A stretch of 64,000 nt of DNA, from positions 64,001 to 128,000 of the forward strand of contig CAWFQB010000005.1 of NCBI GenBank assembly GCA_963817895.1, given 5' to 3'. Below, one piece after another: positions 31,687 through 41,962 of the stretch. Origin of the DNA: an uncultured Chthonomonadaceae bacterium. Its GTDB lineage: Bacteria; Armatimonadota; Chthonomonadetes; Chthonomonadales; Chthonomonadaceae. The notes below the pieces were generated by a model, which had not been told where the DNA came from, searched no databases, and saw nothing but the letters and a program-made list of their open reading frames with translations. How positions within the stretch are numbered: the first letter of the stretch is position 1; each line of letters begins with the position of its first letter. Position numbers and translations under genes: made by a program.

Positions 31687-32214
31687 ATGAATCAAGAAGT
31701 GCTGGTTCTTAACAGCGATTACGAGCCGCTCAACGTGTGTAATGTGCGGCGGGCGATTGTGCTGGTTTATCTGGGCAAAGCGGATATTCTGCACACGAAC
31801 GACGACGGGATGGCGGCGACAGTGGACGGCGAGTTTATGACGCCCTCCGTTGTCAAACTGCGCGGTCATGTCAAGCGTCCGCTGCCGGAACTGAAGCTGT
31901 CGCGCCGCACCATCTTTGCGCGCGATAACTACATCTGCCAGTATTGCGGCTCTACGACCAAAGACCTGACGATTGACCACGTTATTCCGAAGCGCGCGGG
32001 CGGTGGCGCATCGTGGGATAACCTTGTCACCTGCTGCCGCCGCTGCAACATGAAGAAAAGCGACAAACTGGCGCACCAGATCGGCATGAAACTGGCCCGC
32101 GCCCCGCGTCGTCCCAAATACACGCCGTACATCAGCCTGACCAAGTACCTGATGGGTCGCAAAAACGAAGTGTGGCGCGATTACCTGCCCACCTTCGCCG
32201 ACCTGCCGGAGTAG
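31687..32214 (+). CDS. HNH endonuclease (McrA-like, VLVLNxxYEPL type)
   Basis: RDNYICQYCG, TIDHVIP, NLVTCCRRCN. Confidence 0.92.
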   Translation: MNQEVLVLNSDYEPLNVCNVRRAIVLVYLGKADILHTNDDGMAATVDGEFMTPSVVKLRGHVKRPLPELKLSRRTIFARDNYICQYCGSTTKDLTIDHVIPKRAGGGASWDNLVTCCRRCNMKKSDKLAHQIGMKLARAPRRPKYTPYISLTKYLMGRKNEVWRDYLPTFADLPE

Positions 32215-32248
32215 CCCTCACTGTCCGGCTGCGCGGCGTTTGAATACA

Positions 32249-32317
32249 GGGAGTAGGGGTTAGGGAGTAGGGAGTAGCAATAATGTCCTACTCCCTACCA
32301 CCTACTCCCCACTCCCT
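32249..32317. repeat. Inverted tandem-repeat element, 7-bp unit GGGAGTA
   Basis: GGGAGTAGGGAGTAG...CTACTCCCTAC...CTACTCCCCACTCCC. Confidence 0.8.
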
Positions 32318-32625
32318 GTTACTGCAACTTCTCCCCGCATCTTCCTGTCTGTATTCTTTACCGGACAACCATTTTCAGGCGTGGCATTAGACGTTTCCTG
32401 AAGAGGCTGTCTGATGCCCAACATCTAACACCTATTTCCGGGTATTGAAAATACCCGTCTGAGTGGCGTTCCGCCAGCCGTCCTTCGGACGCAGAACTCT
32501 GTAAACAAAGGATGGCGTCCGTAGGAGGCATAACAAGTTATGTCCCTACGCCGCAGGCCATACAGACAGGGTTTTCAACCCCTGGCAAAGTGTGTCCGGT
32601 AGTGAAATAGACAGGAGAAACCGTC

Positions 32626-33255
32626 ATGCTCGAAACTTCCTCCGCTCCAATTGTTGAAGAAACTACCAAAGAACCGCCTGCCATTTTGCGCGACGTACCC
32701 GAAGAACTTTGGGGCGAACGGGTGTTGCTGCGCCCGTTCCGCGTGGAGGATGCTGAAAGCGTCCATGAGGCTGTGGCGGAATCGGTAGAGTATTTGCAGC
32801 CCTGGCTGCCCTGGGCGACGCCCGCGTATGATCTGGTCGAAGCGCAGTCGTTTGTTCGTCGCGCCCTTGCGAAATGGATACTGCGGGAGGATCTGGCGAT
32901 TGGAATCTGGAGGCGCGAGGATGGGCGTTTTCTTGGTGGAACAGGTTTGCACCGTATTCACTGGGACATTCCCGCGTTTGAAATTGGCTACTGGCTGCGG
33001 AAATCTGAAGAGGGCCGGGGATACATGTCCGAAGCGATTACACTCCTGACGCGCGCCTGCTTTGAAACGCTGAAGGCGAACCGGCTGGAAATTCGTTGCG
33101 ATTCCCGTAACCTCCGCAGCGCGAATGTGCCGCGCCGATTAGGATTTGTTCACGAGGCCACTCTGCGTAATGACAGCCGCGCCACTACAGGCGAACTGCG
33201 CGACACTTTTGTGTTCGCGCTCACGCCCGAAGATTACAAGCGCGTTTTTGTATAA
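32626..33255 (+). CDS. RimJ/RimL family GNAT acetyltransferase
   Basis: EIGYWL, EGRGYMSEA, NLRSANVPRRLGF. Confidence 0.9.
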   Translation: MLETSSAPIVEETTKEPPAILRDVPEELWGERVLLRPFRVEDAESVHEAVAESVEYLQPWLPWATPAYDLVEAQSFVRRALAKWILREDLAIGIWRREDGRFLGGTGLHRIHWDIPAFEIGYWLRKSEEGRGYMSEAITLLTRACFETLKANRLEIRCDSRNLRSANVPRRLGFVHEATLRNDSRATTGELRDTFVFALTPEDYKRVFV

Positions 33256-33380
33256 ATTTGCCCTGCAACTCTAACGTTGCTGATACGCTGCTGTTTTCGT
33301 CTCGTCTATGCCATAACAGGTTTGCCTGATTGTCGTTTCCGCCCAAGTGTTTGCCGTAGTCACTATATGGAGTAGCCGCC

Positions 33381-34094
33381 ATGAAACGTTTGCTGTCCGC
33401 GCCCCTTTTGCTTGTCGCCATCACAAGCGCCACTCTGTTGATTGGAATTTGCGCATTAACCGCCCATGCTGAAGAACCGCCCGTACCGCAGACGGAATAC
33501 GCTCCGGTTAATCAACCGCCGGTCACAAATTCCAAACCTGCGCCGCCGCTGACGCTGAAGAACACCCCGCAGATATGGGAGAATACGCTTACAACCCTCC
33601 GCAATGATCCTGCGCTCACGATCCAACTGAACAATGACCCCCAACTGACGCGGGCATTGTCGGCTGTCATTTTACAGGAAAACGCGGCGGATTTGAAACG
33701 CCTGCATGACGCTCAGGCCGCTATTCAGAAGTCCCGCAGCCAACTGGAAACCGCGATGCGGAAACTGAATGCCGCCAAAGCCTTGTCGCCTGTGGAACGC
33801 GCCACACAGGACGAGCAGGTAAGCAAACTTCGGCGGGAATTGTCTCAAGGTATGAGCAGGCTGAAAACGCGACAAACGGCGCAGGCCGCGCTTCAAACTA
33901 AACTCAAACAACTGCAATCCACCGGGCTTTCGTGGAGTACCGCGCTGATTACGCCAACTGCGCCAACCCTGACACTGCCGCAAAGCCGCAATCTACTTTA
34001 CACGCCCGCCGATGCCTCCACGCTCATCAAGCGTAATCTGCTGCTGACCCCGGAAGACCGCGCTGCCACAAAAACCATCCCGCTGCACAAGTAA
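33381..34094 (+). CDS. Secreted coiled-coil hypothetical protein
   Basis: Signal peptide (AHA-E), GGAG RBS. Confidence 0.65.
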   Translation: MKRLLSAPLLLVAITSATLLIGICALTAHAEEPPVPQTEYAPVNQPPVTNSKPAPPLTLKNTPQIWENTLTTLRNDPALTIQLNNDPQLTRALSAVILQENAADLKRLHDAQAAIQKSRSQLETAMRKLNAAKALSPVERATQDEQVSKLRRELSQGMSRLKTRQTAQAALQTKLKQLQSTGLSWSTALITPTAPTLTLPQSRNLLYTPADASTLIKRNLLLTPEDRAATKTIPLHK

Positions 34095-34119
34095 TCTGAA
34101 CCGCAAAGGACGCAAAGAA

Positions 34120-35028
34120 TCAGTAGCGGACGCGCTGCGGTTCGTCGTGGTGGGACCAGCCGGATACCACAGTGTCGTGCAGCCAGAACAGTTTGCTTGA
34201 TCCCTTCTGGCTCTCTTCGGCGTCTTTTTCCAGCAGGGGGCGCACCTCTTCGATCAAACGGGCCTCCTCTTCCTCAGCAAGCGGCTTGAAATCTGCGGCG
34301 ATTTGCGCGATCTGCTGAATTTGTATGGGTACGTCCATGCCCACGATTGCCAGTGATACGCCGGGCAGCCCAAGCGAGTAGCGCAGCGCGAGGTCTACGT
34401 TTTTCACTTCGCCGTGTCCAAGCGTTTTCATGGCAATCACGCCCACGTTCTTTTCGCGGGCGCGGGGCAGCAGAAACGTTTCCGGGCTGGTAATCAGTTT
34501 ATCCACCATGCCGCAGGCGACCAGAACCGTATCAAAGGCGTACTGCGTCAGCGCGTGACTGAGCAGTTCCGGGCGGGCGTGTCCCGTGATGCCGATGAAC
34601 CGTACCAATCCCTCCGCCTTCGCCTGTTCCAATCCGGCAACCGCGCCGTCCGGGGCAAGCGCCTCCTCTAAATCCGCCCACGCGCTCACGGAATGAACCT
34701 GTATCAAATCTACGTGATCGGTTTGCAGTTTCTTCAGTGACTCCTTTATCTCGTCCAACACGCCCTGCTTGCTTCGCCGGTTTACTTTGGTCGCAAGGAA
34801 CACCTCGTCGCGCCGCGTTTTCATCACTTCCCCGACGTGGGGTTCGCTGCCGTAATCGGGCGACGTGTCCAGATACGTGATGCCCAGATCAATCGCCAGA
34901 TTCAGGCAGCGTTGCGCGTGTTCCGACGTAATGCTATCCTCTCCAAGCGGGGCCGTGCCGTAGCCGACAAGCGGGACGGTCACGCCGGTTGCGCCGAGTG
35001 GACGCTCAGGTTTCAGTATCGCAGGCAT
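34120..35028 (-). CDS. Aldo/keto reductase
   Basis: LDTSPDYG, LATKV, DLIQVH, IAMK. Confidence 0.9.
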   Translation of the reverse strand: MPAILKPERPLGATGVTVPLVGYGTAPLGEDSITSEHAQRCLNLAIDLGITYLDTSPDYGSEPHVGEVMKTRRDEVFLATKVNRRSKQGVLDEIKESLKKLQTDHVDLIQVHSVSAWADLEEALAPDGAVAGLEQAKAEGLVRFIGITGHARPELLSHALTQYAFDTVLVACGMVDKLITSPETFLLPRAREKNVGVIAMKTLGHGEVKNVDLALRYSLGLPGVSLAIVGMDVPIQIQQIAQIAADFKPLAEEEEARLIEEVRPLLEKDAEESQKGSSKLFWLHDTVVSGWSHHDEPQRVRY

Positions 35029-35371
35029 AGAAATGTGTCTCCTTCACAAGAATATTGAGCGGTCAATAGATTGTGCAAAAGACGCGGACAACTGATTTCT
35101 TGTTCCGAACGCAAGAGGTACTAATTCCCCTGTAGGTAGTTGTACTCTCCTGCCTATCTTTTCGCCTGTTCTATGCCTGAAGCTCTTGTAGAGGGTTGAA
35201 GCAGGAAACTCTTGCCGCGTCGCTGCGGTAAGAGAGTGTCACGCGGGTCAACTTTTCTGCTCTGTGTTGTATCGCGCTTGCCGCTGATGTTCCCTTAAAT
35301 CACTTGCCGCCTACTTATGCCTGTAAACGGGCGTTCTGACAATCAAAGGGAACAACGAAAGGATAAACCTG

Positions 35372-35971
35372 ATGAACTTTGTCGGCGCGCCCTTTGCAAA
35401 CAGGAACGGTTCAGATAAGAATGGGACTCACGCGCCCCTTGCCGAAGTGATGGATCGCAACATCGCCACGCTGGTTGCCATGCGTCAAAAAGTGGAGCGC
35501 GAGAAAGGCGTTCAGGAGCGGGCGGCGGATAGTATTACCGGTTTTACGGGCAGCATGGTGTTTGTCTATGTGCATCTCATCTGGTTCGGCGGCTGGATCG
35601 TTTACAATCTGATTTGTCAACGCCTGCTGCACTGGACGCCGTTCGATCCCTATCCGTTCGGCCTGCTCACGATGATTGGCTCACTGGAAGCGATATTTCT
35701 GTCAACGTTCGTGCTTATCAGTCAGAATCGCATGGCGGCGGCTTCTGACAGGCGGGCGGAACTGGATTTACAGATCAATTTGCTGGCCGAGCATGAGATT
35801 ACGCAGGTGCTGACACTGGTAGACGCGATGGCGGAACAGATGGGTATTCACCGGCAATTCGACCCTGACATTGAGGAATCAAAACTGGATGTAAATCCCG
35901 CTGTTGTCATTGAGGAGATCGAACGCCGGGAAAAAGACCCGAACGCCGCCAACATAAACGAATTGCCTTGA
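35372..35971 (+). CDS. DUF1003 membrane protein
   Basis: FDPYPFGLL, EAIFLSTFVLISQNR, INLLAE. Confidence 0.9.
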   Translation: MNFVGAPFANRNGSDKNGTHAPLAEVMDRNIATLVAMRQKVEREKGVQERAADSITGFTGSMVFVYVHLIWFGGWIVYNLICQRLLHWTPFDPYPFGLLTMIGSLEAIFLSTFVLISQNRMAAASDRRAELDLQINLLAEHEITQVLTLVDAMAEQMGIHRQFDPDIEESKLDVNPAVVIEEIERREKDPNAANINELP

Positions 35972-36045
35972 TTGCCCTCACCCCCAACCCCTCTCCCAAA
36001 AGCGTGGGAGAGGGGAGGAAGGTAAGTTACGAAAGGAATAAATAA

Positions 36046-36753
36046 ATGCCATTACAAAATACCCGCGACCTGCTGGAATATGATCTCAGCGTGATGCTGG
36101 CTGCCGAGCGGCAGATAATGGAAATGCTGCCCCTGCTGGCGAAAGAGAGCGACGACACGCGCCTGCGTAACGGCTTTGCGCACCATCTGACGCAGACACA
36201 GCAGCAGATTGAGAATCTGGAACGCTGCTGCAATCTGTTGAATTTTCAGCCCCTGCAAACCGTCTGTCACACCACTGAAGGCATCAAGCAGGACCATGAC
36301 ACGTTCGCGCGGCAAAACCCGTCTGCCGCCATTCAGGTGTTGTTCGACATGGGAGCCGCGTTGAAAACCGAGCATTTTGAGATCGCCTGCTATCGCGGCC
36401 TGATTACCAAAACGTCCCTGATGGGCAAGCCGGAAGTGGTCACGCTGCTGGAACAGAATCTGGCGCAGGAGGTAGATATGGCAGCGCAACTGGAAGAACT
36501 CGCGCCACTGGAAACGCGCAGGGCAATGGCAAGCGCGGGCAACAATTCGGCGGATGCGGACGACACAGAGGACGTAGCTGAAAACGACGGTCACACCCCA
36601 CGCGCGGGCGGCATGAGAAATCGGCGAGGGCAATCAAACCGATTTCAACCTTGCCACTCCCACCACGCTTCGCCACCCGACCGAGCAGCGACTGGAAGAG
36701 GCGGGCGTTTCCCACAGCGCGGCGGCATTGCAGCGCGAAGAAGCGGGGGATGA
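36046..36753 (+). CDS. DUF892/YciE-YciF ferritin-like protein (3' end uncertain)
   Basis: AERQI, HLTQTQQQIENL, KTEHFEIACY, NLAQE. Confidence 0.85.
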   Translation: MPLQNTRDLLEYDLSVMLAAERQIMEMLPLLAKESDDTRLRNGFAHHLTQTQQQIENLERCCNLLNFQPLQTVCHTTEGIKQDHDTFARQNPSAAIQVLFDMGAALKTEHFEIACYRGLITKTSLMGKPEVVTLLEQNLAQEVDMAAQLEELAPLETRRAMASAGNNSADADDTEDVAENDGHTPRAGGMRNRRGQSNRFQPCHSHHASPPDRAATGRGGRFPQRGGIAARRSGG

Positions 36754-36822
36754 ACGCTGAATAGCCCCCAACCCCCGGCCCCTTCTCCCAAAAAAGCCTG
36801 GGAGAAGGGGAGTATTTTGTAA

Positions 36823-37964
36823 CTCACCTTACGCAGGCGCACTCATGCCTTTGAGCAGTTGTAGTTCGCGGTAGGCGCTGGCAAGGGCCGCTTTGTAGAG
36901 CCTGCCTTTCATCGCAAAATGGTTCAAGCGCGTCTGCAAACGCAGACTTTCCAACTTCACATACGCCCATAAACAGGCGAAGATATGGTTGCTCTGGGTC
37001 CGAATAGTTTTGGTCGGCGACTTGGCGAAACTCGCATTGCTCTTGACCGATTTGTGATACTCTTCCACTTTCCACCGTTTTTGGTAGATCGTCTGGATGT
37101 CGCAACCGCTTAACGTCGTGTCACTCGTCACGAGATAGAGAACGCCCTGGCTGCCGTCCTTGTTTGTAAAGACCTGCTTACACAGCAGAAGGGGGAAGTT
37201 TACCCCCTCCAGCCAGATGTTCAATACGGCGTCCGCTTCGCAGCAAAGCGAGGATACGGGCATATAGCGGCCTGCCAACTTGTCTTCCTGGGACAAAGCC
37301 ACCTTGCGGTTGGCCTTAATCGGGAAGATAAAGTCGGTTTTGCCTTCGTTTTTGAGGTGCATCATCGTTTCTGCCGCGCTGAACCAAGCGTCGGCCAGGA
37401 CATAGCGAAAAGGCAATTGGTTCTTCTGACATTGCGCCACCATCTCGCGCAGGTATTCGTTCTTGGTCTTGGGACACACTCGCTTGGGTTTGCCCGTCTT
37501 CTTATGCGTTTCCCAAGCCGACTTTTGGATCAACTCGAAGGCAACGGGCAGAGCGGCAGTGGGCGCGCGATACAAACAGGTCAGAATGTTGATGCCCTTC
37601 ACGTTGCGGTTGAAGCAATGATCCCAATGCCAGCAAATGAGTTCGCTTTCATCCGTATAGAGTTTTTCTTCGATGCTGTCATCGAAGACCAGAACTGCGT
37701 CTTCACATTGTACCTGCCGTACCAAGGGTTTGACCAGATGCCACAGGTCCGAAGAAGTGAAGTCACGTCCTGACAAGAACCGCGTGATCTTGTCGTGGCT
37801 AATCGCGCCGTCGAGCAGGGTGGAAAGGCCCGTCGCGGTAGTCAGGCCGAACGAACAAAGGAGATAGTCTGAGTAAAGGTCCAGAAGTTGTTTGTCCATG
37901 ACACTATTCTACCGTCAACAACAGCAAATCTGTGACTACAAACTGCTCGCCTGCGTAAGGTGAG
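36823..37964 (-). mobile_element. IS element, IS701-like DDE type
   Basis: Terminal inverted repeats CTCACCTTACGCAGGCG/CGCCTGCGTAAGGTGAG. Direct repeat TTTGTAA at 36816-22 and 37965-71 (or TTGTA if the element is 1 bp longer at each end). Confidence 0.9.
36829..37899 (-). CDS. DDE transposase
   Basis: VFDDS, LADAWF, YQKRWKVEEYHKSVK. Confidence 0.92.
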   Translation of the reverse strand: MDKQLLDLYSDYLLCSFGLTTATGLSTLLDGAISHDKITRFLSGRDFTSSDLWHLVKPLVRQVQCEDAVLVFDDSIEEKLYTDESELICWHWDHCFNRNVKGINILTCLYRAPTAALPVAFELIQKSAWETHKKTGKPKRVCPKTKNEYLREMVAQCQKNQLPFRYVLADAWFSAAETMMHLKNEGKTDFIFPIKANRKVALSQEDKLAGRYMPVSSLCCEADAVLNIWLEGVNFPLLLCKQVFTNKDGSQGVLYLVTSDTTLSGCDIQTIYQKRWKVEEYHKSVKSNASFAKSPTKTIRTQSNHIFACLWAYVKLESLRLQTRLNHFAMKGRLYKAALASAYRELQLLKGMSAPA

Positions 37965-38000
37965 TTTGTAATTAGACTCCCATGAACTCCGTTCGCCTAA

Positions 38001-38102
38001 GAGCCTATCCCAACAGGCGATTGCATTTGCGTCCGAAGGACGCTTGGCCGTAGGCCACTCAGACGGGTACGTTCTCTGTACCCGGCCTATTGGGATAGGC
38101 TC
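38001..38102. mobile_element. 102-bp MITE with IS5-like ends
   Basis: GAGCCTATCCCAACAGGC...GCCTATTGGGATAGGCTC flanked by TAA on both sides. Confidence 0.75.
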
Positions 38103-38181
38103 TAAGAGCATGAAAACAAGCGACTCCCCTTCTCCCAAGCTTTTTGGGAGAAGGGGCTGGGGGTTGAGGGCGCATTGTAAA

Positions 38182-38685
38182 CTACTCGATACCTGCAATG
38201 CGCGCGAGATCGGCGAGTTGTGCCGACGTAACGCGAATTAGGTCAGCGGGCGCGAGGATGATTTCCAAACCCCGAAGCCCGCCGCTGATGCCTACCCGGT
38301 CCCATAATTCTACGGTTTCGTCTATGAAGACCGGGTAGGCTTTTTTCGCGCCGAGTACCGTGACCGCGCCGCGAATATAGCCCGTGACGGCCTGCACATC
38401 GCGCAATGGCAACACTTCCACGCGCTTGTTGCCGGACGCTTTCGCCAGCAGGCGCGGGTCGAGTTCCGTGCCTGCCGGCATCAGCGCGAAAAGATAGCCG
38501 GTCACATCCCCCTGCGTGATGATGGTCTTGAACACGGTTTCGGGAGGCATGTTCAGTTTTGCCGCCGCCCGTTCCGCGCTCAGGTCGCTCTCATCCACTT
38601 TGTACTGCCGCAGTTCAAACGCGATTCCCGCCTGTTCCAGCAACCGAACCGCATTGGTGTTCATGTCTGTGTCCTGTTTCGCCAT
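38182..38685 (-). CDS. ybaK: Cys-tRNA(Pro) deacylase
   Basis: TNAVRLL, VFKT, TGYIRGAVTVLG, ISGGLRG. Confidence 0.9.
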   Translation of the reverse strand: MAKQDTDMNTNAVRLLEQAGIAFELRQYKVDESDLSAERAAAKLNMPPETVFKTIITQGDVTGYLFALMPAGTELDPRLLAKASGNKRVEVLPLRDVQAVTGYIRGAVTVLGAKKAYPVFIDETVELWDRVGISGGLRGLEIILAPADLIRVTSAQLADLARIAGIE

Positions 38686-38806
38686 GTTTGTACCCCCTGT
38701 CTTCTAACTCTACGACTTCAAAGAGCCGTCTTACATGCAAGTTAATAGCAGTAATCAGGTTCCTCATTCAAAAGGAAATTGTGTCCTGCGCGTGGAATAA
38801 GCGGGC

Positions 38807-40672
38807 ATGAAACATACATATACGCTTTTACAAGTTCTTTTTGTCCTGCTGTCGCTTTTTCTCGCCTCTCCGCTGACACTGGCGCAATCGGCGGCAAAGT
38901 TTGAAGACCGCTACGCCAAACACGAATACCTGATTCCCATGCGTGACGGAACTCGCCTTTATACCGCCGTCTATGTGCCAAAAAACATACCGGGTAAACA
39001 CCCCATCCTGCTGGAACGCACACCCTATGGAGCCGGACCGTATGGCCCTCAACTCCCGCCGGGGCAGCGCGGTTCGCGCCAATTTCAGGAAAACGGCTAC
39101 ATTTTCGCGAAACAGGACGTGCGCGGTTTGGGACACTCGGAGGGAATATTCGTCAATGACCGCCCCGAACTCATCAATCCTCTGAAACCGAATGACGTTG
39201 ACGAAAGCACAGACACCTACGACACCATTGAGTATCTTATTCACAACGCGCCGGATAACAACGGGCGCGTCGGATTGTGGGGTATCTCCTATCCCGGCTT
39301 CTATGCGGGCGTGGGCGCGATCAATTCCCATCCCGCGCTGAAAGCCGTTTCGCCGCAGGCGCCTGTCTCGGACTGGTTTATCGGGGACGACTTCCACCAC
39401 AACGGCGCGCTTTTTCTGATGGACGCCGTTAGTTTCGCCCGATTCGGGCAGACACGGGGGATACAGGGTAATGCCCCCAATGTCAACACGGGCGGCGATC
39501 CCGCGACTTTCTACCGCGAGCATGGCGCGTTGGGCGAACTCACCGAAACCTATTTCAAGGAGACGGATGGCATCTGGAAAGACCTGATGGCGCATGGAAC
39601 CTACGACGAATACTGGCAGTCGCGCTCTCTGCCCCTGCACATGAAAAATGTGCATTGCGCGGTTCTGGTAGTCGGCGGATGGTTCGATGCCGAGGACTGC
39701 TGGGGCGCGCTTCACACCTATCAGGGTACAAAAGCCAACAATCGCGGCACTGCCACATCCCTCGTCATGGGACCCTGGTTTCATGGAATGTGGGCGGGGC
39801 CGAAGGGAGATAAATTCGGCGATTTGGACTTCGGCCAGCCAACCTCCACCTATTTTCAGGAGCAGATAGAGTTTCCCTTTTTCGACACCTACCTGCAAGG
39901 CTCTGGGCGAAGGCAACCCGATGCGCAGGTGTTTGATACGGGGACGTACCAGTGGCGCGCCTTCCCGCAATGGCCCCCGCGTAATATGCGCCAGAGCGCT
40001 TTCTATCTGCTTTCCGATCATGGGATCGGCAGCGAAGCGCCAAAGGACGAGGCCGCGTCCGGCTATGACGAGTATGTGAGCGACCCAGGCGATCCCGTCC
40101 CCTATCAGGGCGGCAAGATCAGTGGGCGCACCAGAGAATATATGATTGACGATCAGCGATTCGCCACGTCGCGCCGCGATGTTCTGACCTATCGAACGCC
40201 GCCGATGACGCAAGACCTCACACTGGCAGGGCCTGTAGAAGCCGACCTGTCCGTCTCGACAAGCGGAACCGACGCTGACTTTGTGGTAAAGCTCATTGAT
40301 GTGTTTCCAGACGATGCGCCGGGTAAGTTGGCGGGCTATCAGATGCTTGTGCGCGCTGAAGTGATGCGGGCTAAATTCCGCGACAGTTACTCCAACCCGT
40401 CACCGATGACGCCGAACAAGATTGAGCGGGTGCATTACGCCCTGCCGGATGTCTTTCACACCTTGCGGCGCGGGCATCGGCTGATGGTGCAGGTGCAGTC
40501 ATCGTGGTTCCCTCTGGTAGATCGCAATCCCCAGCAGTTCATGAATATCTATCAGGCGAAGGCAGCCGACTTTCAGAAGGCGACAATTCATCTCTATCAT
40601 GCAGGCGCGGCAGCGTCCAGCATCCGAGTGGGCGTACTGCCTGCTCGGTCTGTTGAACAAGGAACCCGATGA
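38807..40672 (+). CDS. CocE/NonD family hydrolase (alpha-amino acid ester hydrolase-like), secreted
   Basis: PMRDG, RTPY, QDVRG, GISYPG, GWFDAED, GPWFHG. Confidence 0.92.
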   Translation: MKHTYTLLQVLFVLLSLFLASPLTLAQSAAKFEDRYAKHEYLIPMRDGTRLYTAVYVPKNIPGKHPILLERTPYGAGPYGPQLPPGQRGSRQFQENGYIFAKQDVRGLGHSEGIFVNDRPELINPLKPNDVDESTDTYDTIEYLIHNAPDNNGRVGLWGISYPGFYAGVGAINSHPALKAVSPQAPVSDWFIGDDFHHNGALFLMDAVSFARFGQTRGIQGNAPNVNTGGDPATFYREHGALGELTETYFKETDGIWKDLMAHGTYDEYWQSRSLPLHMKNVHCAVLVVGGWFDAEDCWGALHTYQGTKANNRGTATSLVMGPWFHGMWAGPKGDKFGDLDFGQPTSTYFQEQIEFPFFDTYLQGSGRRQPDAQVFDTGTYQWRAFPQWPPRNMRQSAFYLLSDHGIGSEAPKDEAASGYDEYVSDPGDPVPYQGGKISGRTREYMIDDQRFATSRRDVLTYRTPPMTQDLTLAGPVEADLSVSTSGTDADFVVKLIDVFPDDAPGKLAGYQMLVRAEVMRAKFRDSYSNPSPMTPNKIERVHYALPDVFHTLRRGHRLMVQVQSSWFPLVDRNPQQFMNIYQAKAADFQKATIHLYHAGAAASSIRVGVLPARSVEQGTR

Positions 40673-41859
40673 AAATTACCGATGTGAAAGTGGTCCTCAC
40701 ATGTCCGGGGCGCAACTACGTTTTCCTGAAGATTATGACCGATGTGCCGGGATTGTACGGGGTGGGTGAGGGGACGCTGAACGGCAGCGAACCCATTGTG
40801 GCGGAAGCCCTGCGGCACATCGCGCCCCTGCTCATCGGGCGCGACCCGCAACGCATAGAAGATTTGTGGCATCTCGTGTATCGGCATAGCTACTGGCGCG
40901 GCGGGCCGATTTTCATGGCGGCATTGGCGGCGATAGACTTTGCGCTTTGGGACATCAAAGGCAAGCAGGCCAATCTGCCCGTGTATCAACTGCTCGGCGG
41001 CAAAGCGCGTGACGGCGTGATGTGCTACACCCATGCGTTCGGGCGGGACGCGCTGGAAACCGAAGATAGCGCGCGGCAGATCATGGAACGGGGTTTCAAA
41101 GTGGTTCGCTGTCAGGTGGGGGTGTATGGCGGCGCGGGCGTGTTGGGACTGAATCCGCCCGTTTCGCCGGGTACGCCACCGGAACAGATTTACGAGCCGA
41201 CGCCCTACCTGCTCTCCGTTCCCAAACTGTTCGCCCATTTGCGCGACAAACTGGGCATGGAAATCGAACTGTTCCACGATGTTCACGAGCAACTCAGCCC
41301 GATCGAGGCAGCGCGGCTGGCAAAGGAACTGGAACCGTATCGCCTGTTCTTTCTGGAAGACCCGCTGATGCCGGAACATCGCGAATCGTGGCCGGTCCTT
41401 CGCGCCGCTTCCACGACTCCGCTTGCGATCGGCGAAATTATTACGTCGCGATGGGACTGCCTGCCCCTGTTCGTCAACAAATGGATAGATTTTATCCGTA
41501 TCAAGCCCCTGCACGTCGGCGGCCTGACCGAAGCCCGCAAAATCATGATTATGGCCGAACCCTACAACGTGCGCAGCGCGTTTCATGGCGCAGCCGACAT
41601 CGGGCCAATCGCGCAGTCGGCAAGCGTGTCCCTGCAAGCCGTAATTCCCAACTTCGGCGTTCAGGAGTGGACCAAGTACAAAGACCCGGTGTACGAAGTG
41701 GTTTCCGGCGTTCCCGAAATGCGCGACGGCTTTCTCTATCCCAACGAGCGCCCCGGCTTAGGCATAGACATTGACGAGGCCAAAGCCGCGCAGTTCCCCT
41801 ACGAGCGTTCCTATATGCCGCTCGTCCGCCGTCAGGACGGTTCCATGCACGTTTATTAG
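40669..41859 (+). CDS. Enolase-superfamily dehydratase (RspA/ManD-like)
   Basis: CPGRNY, YWRGG, ALWDIKGK, HDVH, FLEDP, GE, DGSMH. Confidence 0.9.
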   Translation: MKITDVKVVLTCPGRNYVFLKIMTDVPGLYGVGEGTLNGSEPIVAEALRHIAPLLIGRDPQRIEDLWHLVYRHSYWRGGPIFMAALAAIDFALWDIKGKQANLPVYQLLGGKARDGVMCYTHAFGRDALETEDSARQIMERGFKVVRCQVGVYGGAGVLGLNPPVSPGTPPEQIYEPTPYLLSVPKLFAHLRDKLGMEIELFHDVHEQLSPIEAARLAKELEPYRLFFLEDPLMPEHRESWPVLRAASTTPLAIGEIITSRWDCLPLFVNKWIDFIRIKPLHVGGLTEARKIMIMAEPYNVRSAFHGAADIGPIAQSASVSLQAVIPNFGVQEWTKYKDPVYEVVSGVPEMRDGFLYPNERPGLGIDIDEAKAAQFPYERSYMPLVRRQDGSMHVY

Positions 41860-41865
41860 GAGAAT

Positions 41866-41960
41866 TGGTGTTCGGCGTTCGGTTAATACAAAACGCAGAT
41901 ATTTGTTTGAATGCAGCAAGCCTGTAAGCCGAACACCGAACACTAAACACCGAACACCGT
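41866..41960. repeat. Inverted tandem-repeat element, 7-bp unit CGGTGTT
   Basis: GGTGTTCGGCGTTCGG...CCGAACACCGAACACTAAACACCGAACACCG. Confidence 0.8.
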
Positions 41961-41962
41961 TT

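Noticed and set aside
31687..32214. HNH gene as IscB or another RNA-guided nuclease
   Set aside because: Only 175 aa, with no PLMP or split RuvC motifs; matches the common stand-alone HNH type.
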